Positions 60,973 through 64,000 of a DNA stretch of 64,000 bases are shown here, one piece after another. The position numbers and the translations under genes were made by a program. The notes under the pieces were generated by a model. It was not told where the DNA came from, did no database searches, and worked only from the letters and a program-made list of their open reading frames with translations. This DNA comes from an uncultured Actinomycetota bacterium. Its GTDB lineage: Bacteria; Actinomycetota; Actinomycetes; JAHEKZ01. Each line of letters starts with the position of its first letter. Position 1 is the first letter of the stretch. Location of the stretch: the NCBI GenBank assembly GCA_963743915.1, contig CAVURN010000002.1, positions 672,001-736,000 on the forward strand. Reading direction: 5' to 3'.

Positions 60973-62033
60973 CGGGAGCCTCGCGGATGCCGCGGCTTCG
61001 GCTCGGGGGCGGTCTCGTCGAACCGCTGATAGGCCTCGACGATGTCACTGACCAGTCGGTGCCGGACGACATCGCGCGCGGTCAGCTGGGTGAAGTGCAC
61101 GTCGTCGATGCCCTCGAGAATCCCGCGGACGACCTTCAGTCCGCTGGCAGTACCGCCCGGAAGGTCGATCTGGGTGATGTCACCGGTCACGACCATCTTC
61201 GAGCCGAAACCCAGCCGGGTGAGGAACATCTTCATCTGCTCGGGCGAGGTGTTCTGAGCCTCGTCCAAGATGATGAACGCGTCGTTGAGGGTCCGTCCCC
61301 GCATGTACGCCAGCGGCGCGACCTCGATGGTGCCCTCGGTCATGAGCCGCGGGATCGACGACGGCTCCATCATGTCGTGCAAGGCGTCGTAGAGCGGGCG
61401 GAGATACGGGTCGATCTTCTCCGACAGGGTTCCCGGCAGGAACCCGAGCCGCTCACCGGCCTCGACGGCGGGTCGCGTCAGGATGATCCGGGTGATCTCC
61501 TTGGCCTGCAGCGCCTGCACGGCCTTCGCGACTGCCAGGTAGGTCTTGCCGGTTCCTGCCGGACCGACCGAGAACGTGATCGTGTTCTTGTCGATGGCGT
61601 CCACGTACCGCTTCTGGTTGAGCGTCTTGGCCGTGATGGTCTTGCCGCGGTTGCTCAGGATGTTGTGGGTGAGCACCTCCGCGGGTCGCTCCTCCTCACG
61701 GTCGCGGAGCATCGCCACCGAGCGACCCACTGCCTCGACGGTCAGGCCCTGGCCCGTCCGGAGCACCGCGACCATCTCGTCGATGAGCTGCTCGACGAGT
61801 GCGACCTCCGACGACGGACCGGAGAACCGCATCTCGTTGCCGCGGACGTGGATCTCGACCTCGGGGAACTGTGACTCGACCTCGCGGAGCAGCATGTCGC
61901 CGGAGCCCAACAGGCTGACCATGTCGAGGCTGCTCGGCACCACCACTCGGTGCTCGGTCTGCGTGCTGTCTGCCATGGGGGACCCGGTACTCGGGTGCGC
62001 CACCTCTCGGTCTCGGGGCTCGGTCGACTCCAT
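60969..62033 (-). CDS. phoH: PhoH family ATPase
   Basis: [27 protein letters not shown]; start may be 61976. Confidence 0.93.
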   Translation of the reverse strand: MESTEPRDREVAHPSTGSPMADSTQTEHRVVVPSSLDMVSLLGSGDMLLREVESQFPEVEIHVRGNEMRFSGPSSEVALVEQLIDEMVAVLRTGQGLTVEAVGRSVAMLRDREEERPAEVLTHNILSNRGKTITAKTLNQKRYVDAIDKNTITFSVGPAGTGKTYLAVAKAVQALQAKEITRIILTRPAVEAGERLGFLPGTLSEKIDPYLRPLYDALHDMMEPSSIPRLMTEGTIEVAPLAYMRGRTLNDAFIILDEAQNTSPEQMKMFLTRLGFGSKMVVTGDITQIDLPGGTASGLKVVRGILEGIDDVHFTQLTARDVVRHRLVSDIVEAYQRFDETAPEPKPRHPRGSR

Positions 62034-62042
62034 GCTAGGCGG

Positions 62043-62387
62043 TCACCCCGGGGGCCAGCCCAGATCGCGTCCCGCGAGCACGTGCACGTGCACGTGGAAG
62101 ACCGACTGCCCGGCGGATGCCCCGGTGTTGAGCACCAGACGGAACTGTTCATGTCCCAGGTCGGCCGCCACGGCGGCCGCGTCCGCCATCAGCCGTCCCG
62201 CCAGGGCGGGGTCGTCCGCGCTGAGCGTGGCGATGTCGCGGTGGTGCTGCTTCGGCACGACGAGCACGTGGGTCGGCGCCTGGGGGTCGATGTCGCGCAG
62301 AGCCAGCGTGTCGTCGGTCGTCCGCACGACGTCCGCGGGGATGGTTCCCGCCACGATCCGGCAGAACAGGCAGTCAGGGTCGGTCAT
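62043..62387 (-). CDS. HIT family protein
   Basis: CLFC, GQSVFHVHVH. Confidence 0.93.
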   Translation of the reverse strand: MTDPDCLFCRIVAGTIPADVVRTTDDTLALRDIDPQAPTHVLVVPKQHHRDIATLSADDPALAGRLMADAAAVAADLGHEQFRLVLNTGASAGQSVFHVHVHVLAGRDLGWPPG

Positions 62388-62417
62388 CGGCAGTCCTCCT
62401 CGTGGTCCAACCCGAGC

Positions 62418-63167
62418 CTAGGCCCGCCAGGACGCCGTGCGCCCCAGTACCAGCGATGCCGCGACGACGCCCGCCGTCGACGTGCGGAGCACGGTGGGCC
62501 CCAGTCGGACGCCGGGCGCACCGGCCGCGGCGAAGCGTGCGAGCTCGTCGTCACTGAGCCCACCCTCGGGGCCGACGACCAGGACGACCGACCCGACGTC
62601 GGGGAGCGCTGCCCCGTCCGTCGCGGTGGCCAGCGTGACCGACGCCCCCTCGTGCAGCACCCAGGCGACGTCTGCGTCGGCCAGCAGCTTCACCACGGTC
62701 TTGGTGTCCGCAACATCGGAGACCTGCGGCCACCAGGTGCGGCGCGACTGCTTCGCGGCCTCGCGGGCGACCGACGCCCACTTGGTGCGACCTCGCTCGA
62801 TCTTGTCACCCTTCCAGCGGCTGACGCACCGCTCGGCCTGCCAGGGCACCACGATGTCCACCCCTACCTCGGTGAGCAGCTCGACAGCCAGCTCACCGCG
62901 GTCGCCCTTGGGCAGGGCCTGCACGACGGTCAGCGACAGCCCCCGTGAGGGTTCACGTCGAACGTCGAGCACCGCACAGGTGACCGCACCGCGTCCGACC
63001 TCACGGACCTCTGCCTCCAGCGCCGTACCGCGTCCATCGGTCAGGACGATCCGCTCGCCCACCCGCACCCGCCGTACGTCAGCAGCGTGGTGGCCCTCAG
63101 CCCCGGACAACGTGCAGGTGGAACCGACGGAGGCGGCGTCGGCCAGGTAGAAGACGGGGCGGCTCAC
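62418..63167 (-). CDS. rsmE: 16S rRNA m3U1498 methyltransferase
   Basis: HAADVRR, EAAKQSRR, VGPEGG, LRTSTA. Confidence 0.93.
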   Translation of the reverse strand: MSRPVFYLADAASVGSTCTLSGAEGHHAADVRRVRVGERIVLTDGRGTALEAEVREVGRGAVTCAVLDVRREPSRGLSLTVVQALPKGDRGELAVELLTEVGVDIVVPWQAERCVSRWKGDKIERGRTKWASVAREAAKQSRRTWWPQVSDVADTKTVVKLLADADVAWVLHEGASVTLATATDGAALPDVGSVVLVVGPEGGLSDDELARFAAAGAPGVRLGPTVLRTSTAGVVAASLVLGRTASWRA

Positions 63168-64000
63168 CGGCCGTTGAACGCGTCCTTCAGGCGCGAGAAG
63201 AGTCCTTGCTGACCCGCGGCGAACTGGCCGGCCGGCTTCTCCTCCCCCCGCAGGTGCGCGAGCTCGGTGAGCAGCTGCTGCTGCTGCTCGTCGAGCTTGG
63301 TGGGTGTCTCGACGCTCACGTGGACGATCACGTCGCCGCGCGAACCGCCCCGCGCAGCTGCGGGACACCTTGGCCGAGCAGGGGGATCTGCTGACCGGAC
63401 TGCGTGCCGGGGCGGATGTCGACCTCGGTGACGACGCCGTCGAGCAGCTCGAGCGGGATGCTCGCACCGAGGGCGGCCGCGGTCATCGGGACCGTCACCG
63501 TGCAGTGCAGGTCGTCGCCACGGCGGGCGAACGTGGGGTGGTCGAGCACCAGCACCTCGAGGTAGAGGTCGCCCGGGTCTCCCCCGCCGAAGCCGACCTC
63601 GCCCTCTCCGGCGAGCTGGATGCGGGTGCCGGTGTCGACACCGGGTGGGACCTTGACGGTGAGCGTGCGACGCGTCTGGACGCGGCCGTCACCGGAGCAC
63701 TCCGGACACGGGTGCGGGATGGTGATGCCGAACCCGTGGCACTGAGGGCAGGGGCGGGACGTCATGACCTGGCCGAGGAACGACCGCTGGACCTGCTGGA
63801 TGTCTCCGCGCCCGCCGCACATGTCACACGTGACCGGCTGCGTGCCGGCCGCTGTCCCGGCACCCTCGCAGGTGCTGCACCGAACGGCGGTGTCGAGGGT
63901 GAGCTCACGGCTCGCGCCGAACGCCGCCTCTGCCAGCTCGAGGTCGATCTGGATGAGCGCGTCCTGACCCCGACGGCGACGGGGACGAGGCCCACGCTGC
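63164..64000 (-). CDS. dnaJ: Chaperone DnaJ (5' part outside the window; frameshift near 63340)
   Basis: CxxCxGxG repeats, PPGVDTG, GDLYL; C-terminal GDVIVHVSVETPTKL lies in a shifted frame. Confidence 0.92.

Overview
High-GC actinobacterial chromosome segment, probably from an error-prone assembly: single-base frameshifts hit at least six otherwise intact genes, including dnaJ. The right part (35.1-64 kb) is the conserved actinobacterial backbone, mostly on the minus strand: dnaJ-rsmE-HIT-phoH-ybeY-CBS/hemolysin-cdd-like-era, leuA with its Leu leader, recO-uppS, znuACB-zur (plus strand, with a Zur box), glyQS, dusB, ppdK, dgt, dnaG and tRNA-Asn. The left part, between tRNA-Asn and a tRNA(CAU), is a ~32 kb accessory region with no integrase, att repeat or CRISPR. 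It carries (i) a divergent urease-like ureAB-ureC pair with an altered flap and no accessory genes, near a polyamine-type ABC transporter, amidohydrolase, GNAT and class III aminotransferase; (ii) a dispersed general-stress gene set marked by about nine SigB/SigF-type promoters (GTTT-N15/16-GGGTA), including Ku, topoisomerase IB, small stress proteins and an unannotated 6C-like two-hairpin small RNA with anti-Shine-Dalgarno-like loops; and (iii) unusual proteins: a Tat-exported PHP metallohydrolase, a catalytically degenerate HNH(DUF1524)-LamG fusion and a DUF4062-STAND-TPR protein. All family calls come from recognising motifs by eye, not from database searches.
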